From a virus (lineage: Duplodnaviria; Heunggongvirae; Uroviricota; Caudoviricetes), in the IMG/VR virus record IMGVR_UViG_3300028048_000051, positions 111,843-175,842 of that record: a stretch of DNA of 64,000 bases. The stretch is one strand, 5' to 3'. Numbering within the stretch: the first letter of the stretch is position 1; every line of letters begins with the position of its first letter. Of this stretch, positions 36,990 to 46,617 are shown piece after piece. The notes under the pieces are model-generated. The model was not told the origin of the DNA and did no database searches. It saw only the letters and a list, made by a program, of their open reading frames with translations. The position numbers were made by a program, and so were the translations under genes.

Positions 36990-37518
36990 CTACAGTGGTG
37001 ATATCGAACTTACTTTCAAAACGTTTGGGACGGTGGTTCCTGATGTCTATGACTTTTTCGTACAAAACACACTGTCTGTGCTGTTGGACTGGCCTGATCT
37101 AGCAGCGGATTCGGTTTGTCATCCGGAATCCAGTGCATTCGGACGAATTTGCATATACTACACGGCTTCCAATCTTCCGGATGTTCCAACGTTTAAGCGG
37201 TTGATGTCTATAAATGATCTGCAGGAGTTCAATATTTGGTACTCCGACAGCGATATGACTGATCGCGGTGAATTTCATTGGAGTTTTACTTCTGGCAGCA
37301 AAGAGTCTGAGGTTGTTGTGTGGACGCATCTTCAAGAGGCGTTTAAACGACAGAAGCTGATGGCCATGACGTTTAAGTGCTTCAATGAATATGAGTTGGA
37401 GGAATTGTACCAGAAATATCGCGATATAGATCGTATTGACGTTCCTGTCAGGAATCCCAACGATCCCTCATTCCAGGCGATCATGGAAGCGCTCCAGCAT
37501 CATCGGAGGCATGTATGA
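36982..37518 (+). CDS. hypothetical protein
   Basis: ORF with ribosome-binding site. Confidence 0.5.
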   Translation: MSNYSGDIELTFKTFGTVVPDVYDFFVQNTLSVLLDWPDLAADSVCHPESSAFGRICIYYTASNLPDVPTFKRLMSINDLQEFNIWYSDSDMTDRGEFHWSFTSGSKESEVVVWTHLQEAFKRQKLMAMTFKCFNEYELEELYQKYRDIDRIDVPVRNPNDPSFQAIMEALQHHRRHV

Positions 37519-37916
37519 GTGATATTCGTAGTGTTCCTCCTGAGAAGCTGTTGGGGCGTGGCGTGTGGGTGTGCGTCAACAACAAAACCGATGACTGGGA
37601 AAAGCGCATTGTTATCAAAGCATTAGTGCCGATGAGCTTGGAGCCCATTCTTGATAACGGTGTTGGGCGTTGTAGGGCCTACGTTGATTCGGTGACAGTA
37701 CGCGATCGGGGCGGACAGCAGCATTTTGTTCCTGGGCGGGAGGCGTTTTTGCGTAAGCGTGACATTCCCTATGTAGGAGCATACACCGAGGCTGCAAAAA
37801 AAGTCAGGACTGCACTTAATGAGTGCAATGAGAAGATCGGGCAACTGAAGACGAAGCGCAGACAGTTGATGGATAAGCTGAGATGGCTGTCGGTAAGACG
37901 CGTCGTGAAAGGATAA
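37515..37916 (+). CDS. hypothetical protein
   Basis: ORF with GGAGG ribosome-binding site. Confidence 0.5.
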   Translation: MSDIRSVPPEKLLGRGVWVCVNNKTDDWEKRIVIKALVPMSLEPILDNGVGRCRAYVDSVTVRDRGGQQHFVPGREAFLRKRDIPYVGAYTEAAKKVRTALNECNEKIGQLKTKRRQLMDKLRWLSVRRVVKG

Positions 37917-37918
37917 AA

Positions 37919-38140
37919 ATGGATACGCTCAAGAAAATCATGCAGAATCTCACGGAGTCGATAAACAACAGCACTGCGAGTTTCAATAACTCGTTGGACG
38001 AAATATCGGACTGGTTGGCGCAGGACCCTACCGCCAGTCCCACTCTGCGGGGCAAAGTTATTGAGATCGCAATGATGCTCAACAGTCTCGTCGATCGACA
38101 TTCCGAACTGCTTTCCAAGGTAAGTGATGTGCGGAGGTGA
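37919..38140 (+). CDS. hypothetical small protein
   Basis: Internal ATG of ORF 37883..38140. Confidence 0.45.
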   Translation: MDTLKKIMQNLTESINNSTASFNNSLDEISDWLAQDPTASPTLRGKVIEIAMMLNSLVDRHSELLSKVSDVRR

Positions 38141-38144
38141 AGTG

Positions 38145-38492
38145 ATGCCTAAAACATATGTGGCCCGGAGGTATGATGTAAAGTTCCAGAGCTGGCTTCA
38201 GTCCAGTGAATGGGATGAGATGTGCGTAACATGGGCTGATCTCTATGAGGCGTACGTCGATTCGGACGGCTGGGATTGCGACTCAGATCTTGATGCCGGC
38301 TGGTATGAGTTCAAAAAGGCCGATGTCCGGAAGCTGTTGGAGGTGCTGAAAACCTTCAGATGTTTGAACGGTTGGTTGTACGCTCCAGGAGAAGCATCTC
38401 CGATATGTCCGATCGCTACGCGTGATTATCTGGAGGAGTTGTTGCTCATCTCAAAGCACGTCCCTGGATTTATTCGAGTGGAGGTGAGATGA
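38145..38492 (+). CDS. hypothetical protein
   Basis: Internal ATG of ORF 38124..38492, preceded by GGAGGTGA. Confidence 0.45.
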   Translation: MPKTYVARRYDVKFQSWLQSSEWDEMCVTWADLYEAYVDSDGWDCDSDLDAGWYEFKKADVRKLLEVLKTFRCLNGWLYAPGEASPICPIATRDYLEELLLISKHVPGFIRVEVR

Positions 38493-38860
38493 GTACGCAA
38501 AAGTACACGGTCGAGCTGAGTACCGACAACGTAGAAGCAATGAGACTCATAGAAGAACTCGGCAAGGTGGCCAACGTCGTAAAACGACCGTACTGGGACG
38601 ATTATCTCAAATGTCATTGTCCATCGTGTGGAACATCAGCGCGGATCATGCGCAAGTGCGAGGATCTGAAGATGTTGGTGCCGACGTTCGAAGAGTCACC
38701 CGGATTTGTCGGATTGGACTGGACCGAGTGGGAAAGTCAGCCGGACATTGGCGATACCGAACCGTTGTACGTCTGTGAAAACTGCGGACATGTACTCTTT
38801 CGAGGCATCACCGAGATCGATGAATGGTTGAAGGAGCATCCGCAAAAGAAGGAGGAATGA
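38489..38860 (+). CDS. hypothetical Zn-ribbon protein (CPSCG...CENCG)
   Basis: ORF with ribosome-binding site. Confidence 0.5.
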   Translation: MSTQKYTVELSTDNVEAMRLIEELGKVANVVKRPYWDDYLKCHCPSCGTSARIMRKCEDLKMLVPTFEESPGFVGLDWTEWESQPDIGDTEPLYVCENCGHVLFRGITEIDEWLKEHPQKKEE

Positions 38861-38861
38861 T

Positions 38862-39293
38862 ATGGGACATTTAGAGGATTTGGTGCCCCCGCTGGAGTTG
38901 TGCGAGCAGCTTCCTGCTGGGGCTTTCAGCGACAGCGCCCTGGTACATGTCGAAGTGCTGATTAAGGATGGCTTGGTCAACCTCAAAGGCATTGTTCCTC
39001 GGGCTTGCTTGAAAGCATGTTACGATGGCACGCTCGGCACCGTTTTCGGCACCGTTCTTGCCCCTGCTCCGACTCTACAGGAGATTATGGACGCGCTGTA
39101 CACGGATGCCGAAGGCACCTGTGAGTGCATCAACTGTGAGCGAGATATGCTAGGATGGAACGTGGATACAACATACGAATGTCACGATGACAGCGGTTAC
39201 GGGTCGGACGATGGAACGGAATCCGATGGATCCAATCCTGCCGCCGCTGCGTTGAGGCTGTATCTGGAAAGGTATGGGAACGATGGAGCGTAA
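38862..39293 (+). CDS. paralogue family A member (LVPxLELC...FxDSALV...PAPTLxEIM)
   Basis: Shares its N-terminal motif with 39283, 47141 and 50495. Confidence 0.5.
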   Translation: MGHLEDLVPPLELCEQLPAGAFSDSALVHVEVLIKDGLVNLKGIVPRACLKACYDGTLGTVFGTVLAPAPTLQEIMDALYTDAEGTCECINCERDMLGWNVDTTYECHDDSGYGSDDGTESDGSNPAAAALRLYLERYGNDGA

Positions 39294-39732
39294 GTACCTG
39301 GTGCCGTCGCTCGAACTGTGCAAGCGACTCCATGAGGACTCCTCGCCGCCGTACTTCTGTGATTCGCACTTCATGTGGTGCGAGGATGATAAGGGCGCGG
39401 CCGTCATCGAGCGCGACAGTTCGTGCCCGGACGGCGGCACGCACCGCATCGGCTATCCGGGGCAACTGGTCTATCCGGCGCCCACGATCGGGGAGCTGAT
39501 GCGGGCGATCATGTGCCAGGTGGGCAAGCAGAAGACCGTGGAGTTGAGAGTCATCAACGACGGCAACCCGCATTGGTTCGTGAAATGCCAGGTCAAGGAC
39601 AGCCTGCTCGACTACCTCGAGAATACTGAGCACGGCCCGGCGCGTCCCGAGGATCAGCTGGCGCAGACATGGCTGATGCTTCGCGAGGCTAAGCGACGGA
39701 GGCGTGTAAGAAAGGAGAAACAAAATGGATGA
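39283..39732 (+). CDS. paralogue family A member
   Basis: MERKYLVPSLELCKRLHE...YPAPTIGELMRAI. Internal ATG of ORF 39274. Confidence 0.5.
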   Translation: MERKYLVPSLELCKRLHEDSSPPYFCDSHFMWCEDDKGAAVIERDSSCPDGGTHRIGYPGQLVYPAPTIGELMRAIMCQVGKQKTVELRVINDGNPHWFVKCQVKDSLLDYLENTEHGPARPEDQLAQTWLMLREAKRRRRVRKEKQNG

Positions 39733-40402
39733 GGAAAAAGAAAAGGCGCAGTGCCTCAACTTCTGGCCAACCGGGAAGCAGTTGTCGCTGCTCACGCTGG
39801 ATTTACTGGTGTGCGGCATGGTCAACAAACTGTCGCACAGTAACGAATACTGGATGAAGAACCTCGACGTCGTTCGCAACGCCGATCGGATCACGTTGTG
39901 GTTTCACGGCACTACCGGTTGCGATCAGTTCTGGCACGAGCTGACCAATTTGTGCACCTATGCACATGAGTGCGGTGCGCTGAAGGAGGTCGGCGGCGAG
40001 CTCTGGTTTATTCCAACGTTGGGCGGACAGGAATCGATAGTGGCTGGTCCGGGCTATCATCTGGAGAGACTGGTACGTAAGCGGGTGGCACGGTGGGGAG
40101 AGGAGGTGCCGGTGAAGTTGGACGAGGCACTGGGGACCGAAAAACCCGTGCGACCGGATAACGAGGTAAAGCTGGGTGTCGTGCAGAAGGTGTGGGAGCA
40201 CTGCAATGAGTGTCCCAACATGCGTGTGGCATGTGTCAGCGATACGCCGTGTCCTTCCTGCATCCTGTCCACTGAATTTGATCCTCCGCCGGCAGGGTGC
40301 CCAACGATCAAGCAGTGCAAGCTCGACAATCGGCCGTGCGACCACAGCTGCGATGGACATAAGCTCTTCGCGGCGAAGCTGGAAGCGGGAGACCAGGTAT
40401 GA
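39725..40402 (+). CDS. hypothetical Cys-rich protein
   Basis: ORF with ribosome-binding site. Confidence 0.5.
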   Translation: MDEEKEKAQCLNFWPTGKQLSLLTLDLLVCGMVNKLSHSNEYWMKNLDVVRNADRITLWFHGTTGCDQFWHELTNLCTYAHECGALKEVGGELWFIPTLGGQESIVAGPGYHLERLVRKRVARWGEEVPVKLDEALGTEKPVRPDNEVKLGVVQKVWEHCNECPNMRVACVSDTPCPSCILSTEFDPPPAGCPTIKQCKLDNRPCDHSCDGHKLFAAKLEAGDQV

Positions 40403-40587
40403 ACCACGACTACGCGCATTGTCAAAACGGGTTGTGCCCGCTGCACCAGTCCTGCCACCGGTACATTTTGTACTTGGAGGATAAAAAGGGCAACAGCCCT
40501 GGCTGGTGCAGCTATTCCAGCTTCAAGCCGGACAAGAAGGGCGAGTGCGAACATTACATCCCAGAGGATTGGAAGGAGAACGACTGA
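40399..40587 (+). CDS. hypothetical small Cys/His protein
   Basis: ORF with ribosome-binding site. Confidence 0.45.
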   Translation: MNHDYAHCQNGLCPLHQSCHRYILYLEDKKGNSPGWCSYSSFKPDKKGECEHYIPEDWKEND

Positions 40588-40701
40588 TAGCTTTTGTCAT
40601 TGTAATCTTGATGTGTATTGCGCCGGTATTGGAGTTGGTGGCTGCCGCCAGCGACAGGAACGAGGCTCGCAACCATGAGGACTACATGCGGAGGATCAAA
40701 G

Positions 40702-40941
40702 ATGCCTACCATCGGTGAATGCTATCATGCGCTCGCGGTCAAGATGGCCGCGTTGATGGGTGATCTGCAGGAGGTCATGGAGAAGTGTGAGGATCTTCAG
40801 GACGCTGCAGACGATGATGGGCTGCCGTATTATGAGATGCAGAGCTGCGTTCGGTATGGCGGGACCGCGTTGGCGGCTATGGTTACCTACGCGGATGAGT
40901 ATCTCAAAGCGGAAAAGAACGTGAAAGGAGAAACTAAATGA
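40702..40941 (+). CDS. hypothetical small protein
   Basis: Internal ATG of ORF 40618..40941. Confidence 0.4.
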   Translation: MPTIGECYHALAVKMAALMGDLQEVMEKCEDLQDAADDDGLPYYEMQSCVRYGGTALAAMVTYADEYLKAEKNVKGETK

Positions 40942-41435
40942 GTTTTTACGTTTATGCACGGTGGCGCTTCGAGGTCCCTTACCACACAAAGGGACAGAAG
41001 AAGGCGCTTATCGAAAAAATCAACCTCGAGCAGCTGATTGCACGGTTGGAGATGTTCCCTGCCGACAGCAATACAAGTCTCGAAGATGTGCCCGAGTGCA
41101 GTATGCTGGTCATTGATTCCAACGGCACTACCGAGATCAAGGCTGATTTCGATGATGTCGTGGAGGATCTTTGGTACCGGCTGCGCTACGAGAACAGTGC
41201 CCAGATGACCGGGTATGTAGTGACCGACAATTCAGAGGGAGCTTACTACCGTGGAGATCTCACTTCAGAGGGAAAGCTCGATTATGAGGACGTTCGACAG
41301 TTTACTGATTTCAAGGTAGATGATCTGCGTAAATTGCTGAAGATCGCCGACATACTGGACAAAGAACAGAGCGGCCTGGGTAAATTGCTCAAAGTTGCTG
41401 AAGTTTTGAAGGAGGACGAAGAAGATGCCGAGTAA
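40938..41435 (+). CDS. hypothetical acidic protein
   Basis: ORF with ribosome-binding site. Confidence 0.5.
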   Translation: MSFYVYARWRFEVPYHTKGQKKALIEKINLEQLIARLEMFPADSNTSLEDVPECSMLVIDSNGTTEIKADFDDVVEDLWYRLRYENSAQMTGYVVTDNSEGAYYRGDLTSEGKLDYEDVRQFTDFKVDDLRKLLKIADILDKEQSGLGKLLKVAEVLKEDEEDAE

Positions 41436-41925
41436 ACTTAAATTCATATGTCCGCAGTGTGGTTGCACCGAGATCGAGGCCGTGCAGCAGAACGCGCAGG
41501 TCTCGCAGAAGGTCGAGCTGGACCGCGACGGCAGCATCGAATGGATCGGTTTTCCGGCGATCAGTGGTGATGACATCTTCACCGAGCGTTTTCAGTGCGC
41601 GGCGTGCGGTAAGGTTTTGCCGCTGCATTACGGTGATGGTGACGAGATGGATCAGCTGTGTGAGTATCTGGAGTCACAAGACTACAACCGGCCTATTACA
41701 AGGTCTAAACAGGAGTTATCCGCTATTGCAAAGGCTGTGGACGCTCTCGTGGATCAAGCCAAGGAACTTGCACAGATGGAGAATCTGTTTAACGAGGATT
41801 CCGATGAGTTGAAAAAGTGCTTGCACACGTTCTATGAGCGACGCGACGAGTTATATGCGGTTATCGGCGGTTGCGATGAGCTGCTTGAGTCTGTGAATGA
41901 GGCTGAGGAGACTTCAAATGAGTAG
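41425..41925 (+). CDS. hypothetical Zn-ribbon protein (CPQCGC...CAACG)
   Basis: ORF. Confidence 0.5.
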   Translation: MPSKLKFICPQCGCTEIEAVQQNAQVSQKVELDRDGSIEWIGFPAISGDDIFTERFQCAACGKVLPLHYGDGDEMDQLCEYLESQDYNRPITRSKQELSAIAKAVDALVDQAKELAQMENLFNEDSDELKKCLHTFYERRDELYAVIGGCDELLESVNEAEETSNE

Positions 41926-42256
41926 TAACAATCCGCAGGACCCCGAGTACAATCCGTTCGATGACCGCTCTCCGGAGGACAGAAAATATCCGCAACCCAA
42001 GTTCAGCATCGGCGAGGCTGTATATTGGCTATCAAGTGCTGCTGATAATGGTTTCATAGTGACGCTGGTAACCGTCACCAGTATTCGGTATTGTGCCGAT
42101 TGCGGTTTTCGTTACGATGTAAAAGAAAGCGAGGATTGTTATATAGTAAAGGAGTCCCGCCTGTTCTCTACGCCGCGTGCTGCAATGCGTCAAGGTATGC
42201 AGGAGTACGAAAAGCAGTTGGAGATGGAAGAGAAAATCCGACAGGCGAAAGCATAA
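41918..42256 (+). CDS. hypothetical protein
   Basis: Internal ATG of ORF 41897..42256. Confidence 0.45.
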   Translation: MSSNNPQDPEYNPFDDRSPEDRKYPQPKFSIGEAVYWLSSAADNGFIVTLVTVTSIRYCADCGFRYDVKESEDCYIVKESRLFSTPRAAMRQGMQEYEKQLEMEEKIRQAKA

Positions 42257-42263
42257 TTGTGTT

Positions 42264-42328
42264 CCCGCACAGAGAGTTAAACAAACAAAAGTACAGGTTG
42301 CTTGCCCTCTCTGTGCGGGGCTTTTATT
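42264..42328 (+). terminator. terminator-like hairpin with large loop
   Basis: CCCGCACAGAGAG / CTCTCTGTGCGGG 13-bp stem, about 30-nt loop, then GCTTTTATT. Confidence 0.4.
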
Positions 42329-42345
42329 ACAGAAAGGATTGAAGC

Positions 42346-42570
42346 ATGAAGGTTATCCAAATAATAAGCTGTCGTGAGTACACTGCCCATCGTCCTCGTG
42401 CGCGTGTCCTCTTGCGCCGGGTGTGCGACGCCGGTAAGTGCGAGGAACTGGAGATGCTGCTGAACATGTGGGCTCCTCACGGCTTTACCCAAGAGGGGTG
42501 GGACAGCTTCCTCACCGAGCATTACGACCACATCTTGAACAAACTGATGCTGGCGGAGTCCGAGTCGTGA
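42346..42570 (+). CDS. hypothetical small protein
   Basis: ORF with ribosome-binding site. Confidence 0.45.
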   Translation: MKVIQIISCREYTAHRPRARVLLRRVCDAGKCEELEMLLNMWAPHGFTQEGWDSFLTEHYDHILNKLMLAESES

Positions 42571-42678
42571 AGTTGTTGGTAAACCTTTTGTTGTTCACTG
42601 GTTGCGTAGTTTTGGCGGTCATCACATTATCGGTGATCGCCTTTTCTATCTGTTTTGATTCGATGGTGGAGGACGTGG

Positions 42679-42945
42679 ATGGTGGCTAAGACAATCATTT
42701 ACGAATTGCGCATAGACCATACCAATAAGTTCTTCTGGTCGTTGGCCCGCATCAGGGCGGCCTTAAAGAAGCTGCCGGAAGAAACTCAGTTCAAATCGTA
42801 CGGCGGTGTTAAGCTTTCACGTACCCAGGCATTGTGTACGCGGTGGTGGAAGGAAGAGTTGGACAAGTGGGGTATGGCATCGTTTATTTGTCGTTATGAC
42901 AACGAATGTAAAAGTATCGATATCCTGAATCATGAGGTGAACTGA
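42679..42945 (+). CDS. hypothetical small protein
   Basis: Internal ATG of ORF 42655..42945, preceded by GGAGGACG. Confidence 0.45.
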   Translation: MVAKTIIYELRIDHTNKFFWSLARIRAALKKLPEETQFKSYGGVKLSRTQALCTRWWKEELDKWGMASFICRYDNECKSIDILNHEVN

Positions 42946-42979
42946 TGGAGTGCATAAAATATATCCCGTTTGCCGCGGT

Positions 42980-43354
42980 ATGTATCGCCGTGGCATTCGC
43001 ATTCGGAGGTACAGATTGACAGTGGAAAGTATTCTCGGCATCATTGCGGCGGTGCTGTGCTTTTGCGTGATTCGGCAGTATTACTACAACATGGTGTTCG
43101 CCAAGAGCATCAAAAAGTTGATCGAGACGGTCACTCGCGACAGTGTCTCCGACCTATTCATGAACAGTCAGGATTTGTCGGAGGCGAGCCTGCATGACCC
43201 CCGCAACGAGGAATTCGCAAGGTATTACAAGGTCATCGAGGCGGAGCATGTACATGCGAAGCGTGGATGGCCGCGTGGAACTTGGATGGCGTCCAACAAA
43301 TTCGGTGAAGTGATAAAGAGAGGAACGCTATATGTCGAAAGATTGCAGCAATGA
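42980..43354 (+). CDS. hypothetical membrane-anchored protein
   Basis: Internal ATG of ORF 42950..43354; the track start is a GTG, so the true start is uncertain. Confidence 0.4.
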   Translation: MYRRGIRIRRYRLTVESILGIIAAVLCFCVIRQYYYNMVFAKSIKKLIETVTRDSVSDLFMNSQDLSEASLHDPRNEEFARYYKVIEAEHVHAKRGWPRGTWMASNKFGEVIKRGTLYVERLQQ

Positions 43355-43553
43355 AGTCTTGCCGAGCATTATTCATATCCCGGTGGATGATATGCCGAAA
43401 TTACAGGAGATAGCTCCTGTAAAGTGGACTGGCTGTCGTTTTTCCCTGTTCGGTATCACAATAAAACCCAACCGCACAGTGGAACCTGGTACGTGGGTTG
43501 CCGTATATCCTGACGGTGAGCTACTGGTGGGAAAAATAAAGGAGGATTCGTAG
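43332..43553 (+). CDS. hypothetical small protein
   Basis: ORF. Confidence 0.45.
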   Translation: MSKDCSNEVLPSIIHIPVDDMPKLQEIAPVKWTGCRFSLFGITIKPNRTVEPGTWVAVYPDGELLVGKIKEDS

Positions 43554-43820
43554 ATGTCTAAAGACATTCTGTCGGAAAAGCTTAAGCCCTGCCCTTTTTG
43601 CGGTAACAATGTTTTGCACGTCAGGCACGCTGAAATAGGCGGACTGCAGTACGCAGCTCCCGGTTTTATCAGTTGTGAATGCGGTGTCCGCATGCCTGGT
43701 ATAATGCTGTGGGAAGCTGGAAAGGATGAGGTTGCAAACGCAGAGGCATGTGATGCCGATATGGTGCGTCGCTGGAATACAAGAAAGGGGAATGACGATG
43801 GAAATCAAGACCAAGTATGA
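43554..43820 (+). CDS. Lar-like (restriction alleviation family) small Zn-binding protein
   Basis: LKPCPFCGN...C.C matches the Lar-family KPCPFCG signature. Confidence 0.4.
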   Translation: MSKDILSEKLKPCPFCGNNVLHVRHAEIGGLQYAAPGFISCECGVRMPGIMLWEAGKDEVANAEACDADMVRRWNTRKGNDDGNQDQV

Positions 43821-44271
43821 TATTGGAGATATTGTGTGGTTGACCAGGCTTGGGCAATTTCAACAAGGCCCGGTGCAGGGCAAAATTTTCGAGATACGTA
43901 TAGACAACTTCGGCAGTATTTCGTATCAGACCTGTGATGATCACATCTTCTACGAGGAGCGGTATCTGCATGACAATGAAGAGGACGCTATCTTGGCGCA
44001 TGCCAAAGCACTTGTAAGTTGTCAACAGCAGGTGGTGGAAAGTTCTCGCGATACTTTGAGATACTATGAGCGACTGGTACAAGAGAAGCAAGCAGAACTT
44101 GAAAATGAGGAGAAAAGACTTAGCTTCTATAGAGAAGTCGCAAACAGCAGTAAGCATTGCGGGTCTTGTGTGTACTTCAAAAAGAATGCTTGCATTTATT
44201 CACACCCTATCACCGCTGTTAGCGATGCCAGTTCCTGCCCCATATACGAAGCAAGTGAGGTTTGTCCATGA
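43798..44271 (+). CDS. paralogue family B member (N-terminal KYxIGDxV beta-rich domain plus C-terminal coiled coil)
   Basis: MEIKTKYDIGDIVWL...; tandem with 44268 and 44620. Confidence 0.5.
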   Translation: MEIKTKYDIGDIVWLTRLGQFQQGPVQGKIFEIRIDNFGSISYQTCDDHIFYEERYLHDNEEDAILAHAKALVSCQQQVVESSRDTLRYYERLVQEKQAELENEEKRLSFYREVANSSKHCGSCVYFKKNACIYSHPITAVSDASSCPIYEASEVCP

Positions 44272-44639
44272 AACTACTGCCCACAAAATATACCGTCGGA
44301 GATAAGGTGTATTGCACATCAGAGTACGCCAAAGAGGAATATGGAGTGATATGCGGAATAATTTCCGCAATCAAATACACCGAGTTCGGCGGCAATATGT
44401 ATCAGTTCAGGAATGCCTATGAGTGGTATGAGGAGTGTGAACTCTACGATACGGAAGAGGAGGCCCGTAGTAAGTTCAACACCGATCTTCTCAAACGGTA
44501 TCAGGAGCGCTTGGAGTCTCTGGAACGCGATCTGGAAGGACATAAGAGTGTTGTACAGATCATCAAGAGACACATAGAAGAGGTAAAGGATAAAATCAAG
44601 CAAGTAAAGGAATGGCTCGATGGCAACACTGGAAACTAA
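44268..44639 (+). CDS. paralogue family B member
   Basis: MKLLPTKYTVGDKVYCTSEYAKEEYGVICGII...; ATGA overlap. Confidence 0.5.
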   Translation: MKLLPTKYTVGDKVYCTSEYAKEEYGVICGIISAIKYTEFGGNMYQFRNAYEWYEECELYDTEEEARSKFNTDLLKRYQERLESLERDLEGHKSVVQIIKRHIEEVKDKIKQVKEWLDGNTGN

Positions 44640-44988
44640 GTACGGTATTGGCGACAAAGTGTATGTGATGACCGAGTACGCAAAAGACATGTACGGTGTG
44701 GTGTGCGGAGTAATCGATAGCATTCGCGTCAGCACCTTTGGTCGTCCTTGTTATCAGTTCAAAGGAGGGTACGATTGGCACTTGGAAGATGAACTGTATA
44801 AGACTTGTGCGGAGGCTGAGAGTAACAAGACTCGTTCGATGTTGGCCGCTTATCGTTCGACTTTGGCGCGCAATAACAAGGAGCTCGCCCAATATCAGAA
44901 CGCCGTACAGCACCTTAGCGATCATCGGAAAGAGTTGGAAGAAAAGATAAAGGAGCTGGAGAAGAATGAAGAAACGGGTAAGGATTAA
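44620..44988 (+). CDS. paralogue family B member
   Basis: MATLETKYGIGDKVYVMTEYAKDMYGVVCGVI... Confidence 0.5.
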   Translation: MATLETKYGIGDKVYVMTEYAKDMYGVVCGVIDSIRVSTFGRPCYQFKGGYDWHLEDELYKTCAEAESNKTRSMLAAYRSTLARNNKELAQYQNAVQHLSDHRKELEEKIKELEKNEETGKD

Positions 44989-45148
44989 TAAGTATTGGCG
45001 GCACAAAGACTTTTTGTGTTTGTTGATCCGGCGTTACAAGGCGCGTCTTGGTTGTTTCGGTGAGCGTGAACTCCTTGCTTTTATGAACTCCAGAGATTGG
45101 TTTGAGCGTCCGTGGAGTATCAAGATAAAACGAAAGGGCAAACGATGA
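44966..45148 (+). CDS. hypothetical small basic protein
   Basis: ORF. Confidence 0.4.
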   Translation: MKKRVRINKYWRHKDFLCLLIRRYKARLGCFGERELLAFMNSRDWFERPWSIKIKRKGKR

Positions 45149-45543
45149 GCAGAGATTATCTGAAGTATCGGGTGTGGGACACAGAGAAGAAGGAGTACAT
45201 TGGAGACGATACCGATGCCGAGCTGCGTGTCGACGGCACATTGTTGCTCTATCGTAGGGCCCTGGGTGAGCGCTACGTGGATGATGACAGTTATGACGAG
45301 TGCAGACACGCTGTAGAACGTTGTACTGGCTTTAGAGACGACCGTGATATACCCATTTATGAGAAGGATCGCATCAAGGTTGAAGATCCCATAAAGGGAA
45401 TCAAGGAAGACACCGAATACTATATCGGATGGTTCTACGGGTGTTGGTATGCGCTGGGTGTTCACGGTATGAGGAGACTCTCGGAGTTGTTGGAAAAGCA
45501 CAGTGTAGTTGTATTGGGTACTGTTCACGACAAGGAGGACTAA
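45145..45543 (+). CDS. hypothetical protein
   Basis: Internal ATG (MSRDYLKYRVWD) of ORF 45112. Confidence 0.5.
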   Translation: MSRDYLKYRVWDTEKKEYIGDDTDAELRVDGTLLLYRRALGERYVDDDSYDECRHAVERCTGFRDDRDIPIYEKDRIKVEDPIKGIKEDTEYYIGWFYGCWYALGVHGMRRLSELLEKHSVVVLGTVHDKED

Positions 45544-45545
45544 AA

Positions 45546-45920
45546 ATGTTCAAAATCTTTTTGCTTTGCCTCGGATTGCACTTTTTCGCCGATTACACGC
45601 TGCAGGGTTGGCTGGCACAAGCCAAGTGCACGGCGTGGTGGGAGAAAAACGCTCCTGATCCGTTGTATAGGTGCGACTGGTCCTGCGCCCTGCTGTGTCA
45701 CGCGGTGTACTGGACGCTCGTCACGTATGCACCGTTGATTTGGCTGTGGCCCGGACATACGGCCAAGTTGGCCGTGTTGTTGTTCCTTAATATCATTGCT
45801 CATTGCGCCATTGATGACCTGAAGGCCAATCGTCATCACATCAATCTGTGGCATGACCAAGCGCTACATGTCCTACAGATAGCAATGACGATGTTGCCGC
45901 TTGCTGCTTTATTGCACTAG
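45546..45920 (+). CDS. hypothetical integral membrane protein (Cys/His/Trp-rich)
   Basis: MFKIFLLCLGLHFFADYTLQGW...; GGAGGACTAAAA ribosome-binding site. Confidence 0.5.
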   Translation: MFKIFLLCLGLHFFADYTLQGWLAQAKCTAWWEKNAPDPLYRCDWSCALLCHAVYWTLVTYAPLIWLWPGHTAKLAVLLFLNIIAHCAIDDLKANRHHINLWHDQALHVLQIAMTMLPLAALLH

Positions 45921-45930
45921 GAGGGGCAGT

Positions 45931-46530
45931 ATGGAGATTAGACGCTGGGGTGACTATGAAATACCCGCGGGGTTGACTGATCCGGCAAAACAGATCGTGA
46001 CTTTCGGAGCCTGCTGTTTGAAGGGAGACTCCGAAATGAGCAAATGCTGCTACGGGGACACAAGGGTAGCCTGTAAGGATTGCATCTGCTTTGCAGCCAA
46101 TCGCAGTCACCTGAAGGATATGCTCAGATACCAGGGAATACCCTACAACTACATGCCGGAGATAAAGCCCGGTTATGTAATCGGCAAGGACATGCTTCAG
46201 GGGCGTGTCTGGGTGTTTGTTCAACAGGTAAAGGGCACCGAGGCAGAAGGATACGTGCTGCAGGAAGGTTGCAATCGTGCAGGAGACGCTGCCGTTGTAC
46301 TGGTCGGATTGGGGTGGATACCCTTCAGCGATATCGTCGAGATATACGCACCTAGGGTTCCTGTTGTTTCTACGGTTGCTTTGATGGATCTGGTACGCAA
46401 CGGTGAGTGCAGTTTCATGGATCGTATCTACAGGAGAATCAAGGAGGAGTACGAGGTTATGGAGTTGACACATAGACAGCTGGAACAACACTTCGGGCGC
46501 AAGATCAGAATCGTGGAGGACGAGAAATGA
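45931..46530 (+). CDS. hypothetical protein
   Basis: Internal ATG of ORF 45901, preceded by GGAGGGG. Confidence 0.5.
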   Translation: MEIRRWGDYEIPAGLTDPAKQIVTFGACCLKGDSEMSKCCYGDTRVACKDCICFAANRSHLKDMLRYQGIPYNYMPEIKPGYVIGKDMLQGRVWVFVQQVKGTEAEGYVLQEGCNRAGDAAVVLVGLGWIPFSDIVEIYAPRVPVVSTVALMDLVRNGECSFMDRIYRRIKEEYEVMELTHRQLEQHFGRKIRIVEDEK

Positions 46531-46617
46531 GGAGTAAAGAATCCAGTCCACTATAACGGGGCGCTCGCAGCAGCTTGTTTGTGGCGTTTGGCTGATTGTT
46601 ACAAGGAGGTAGAATAG

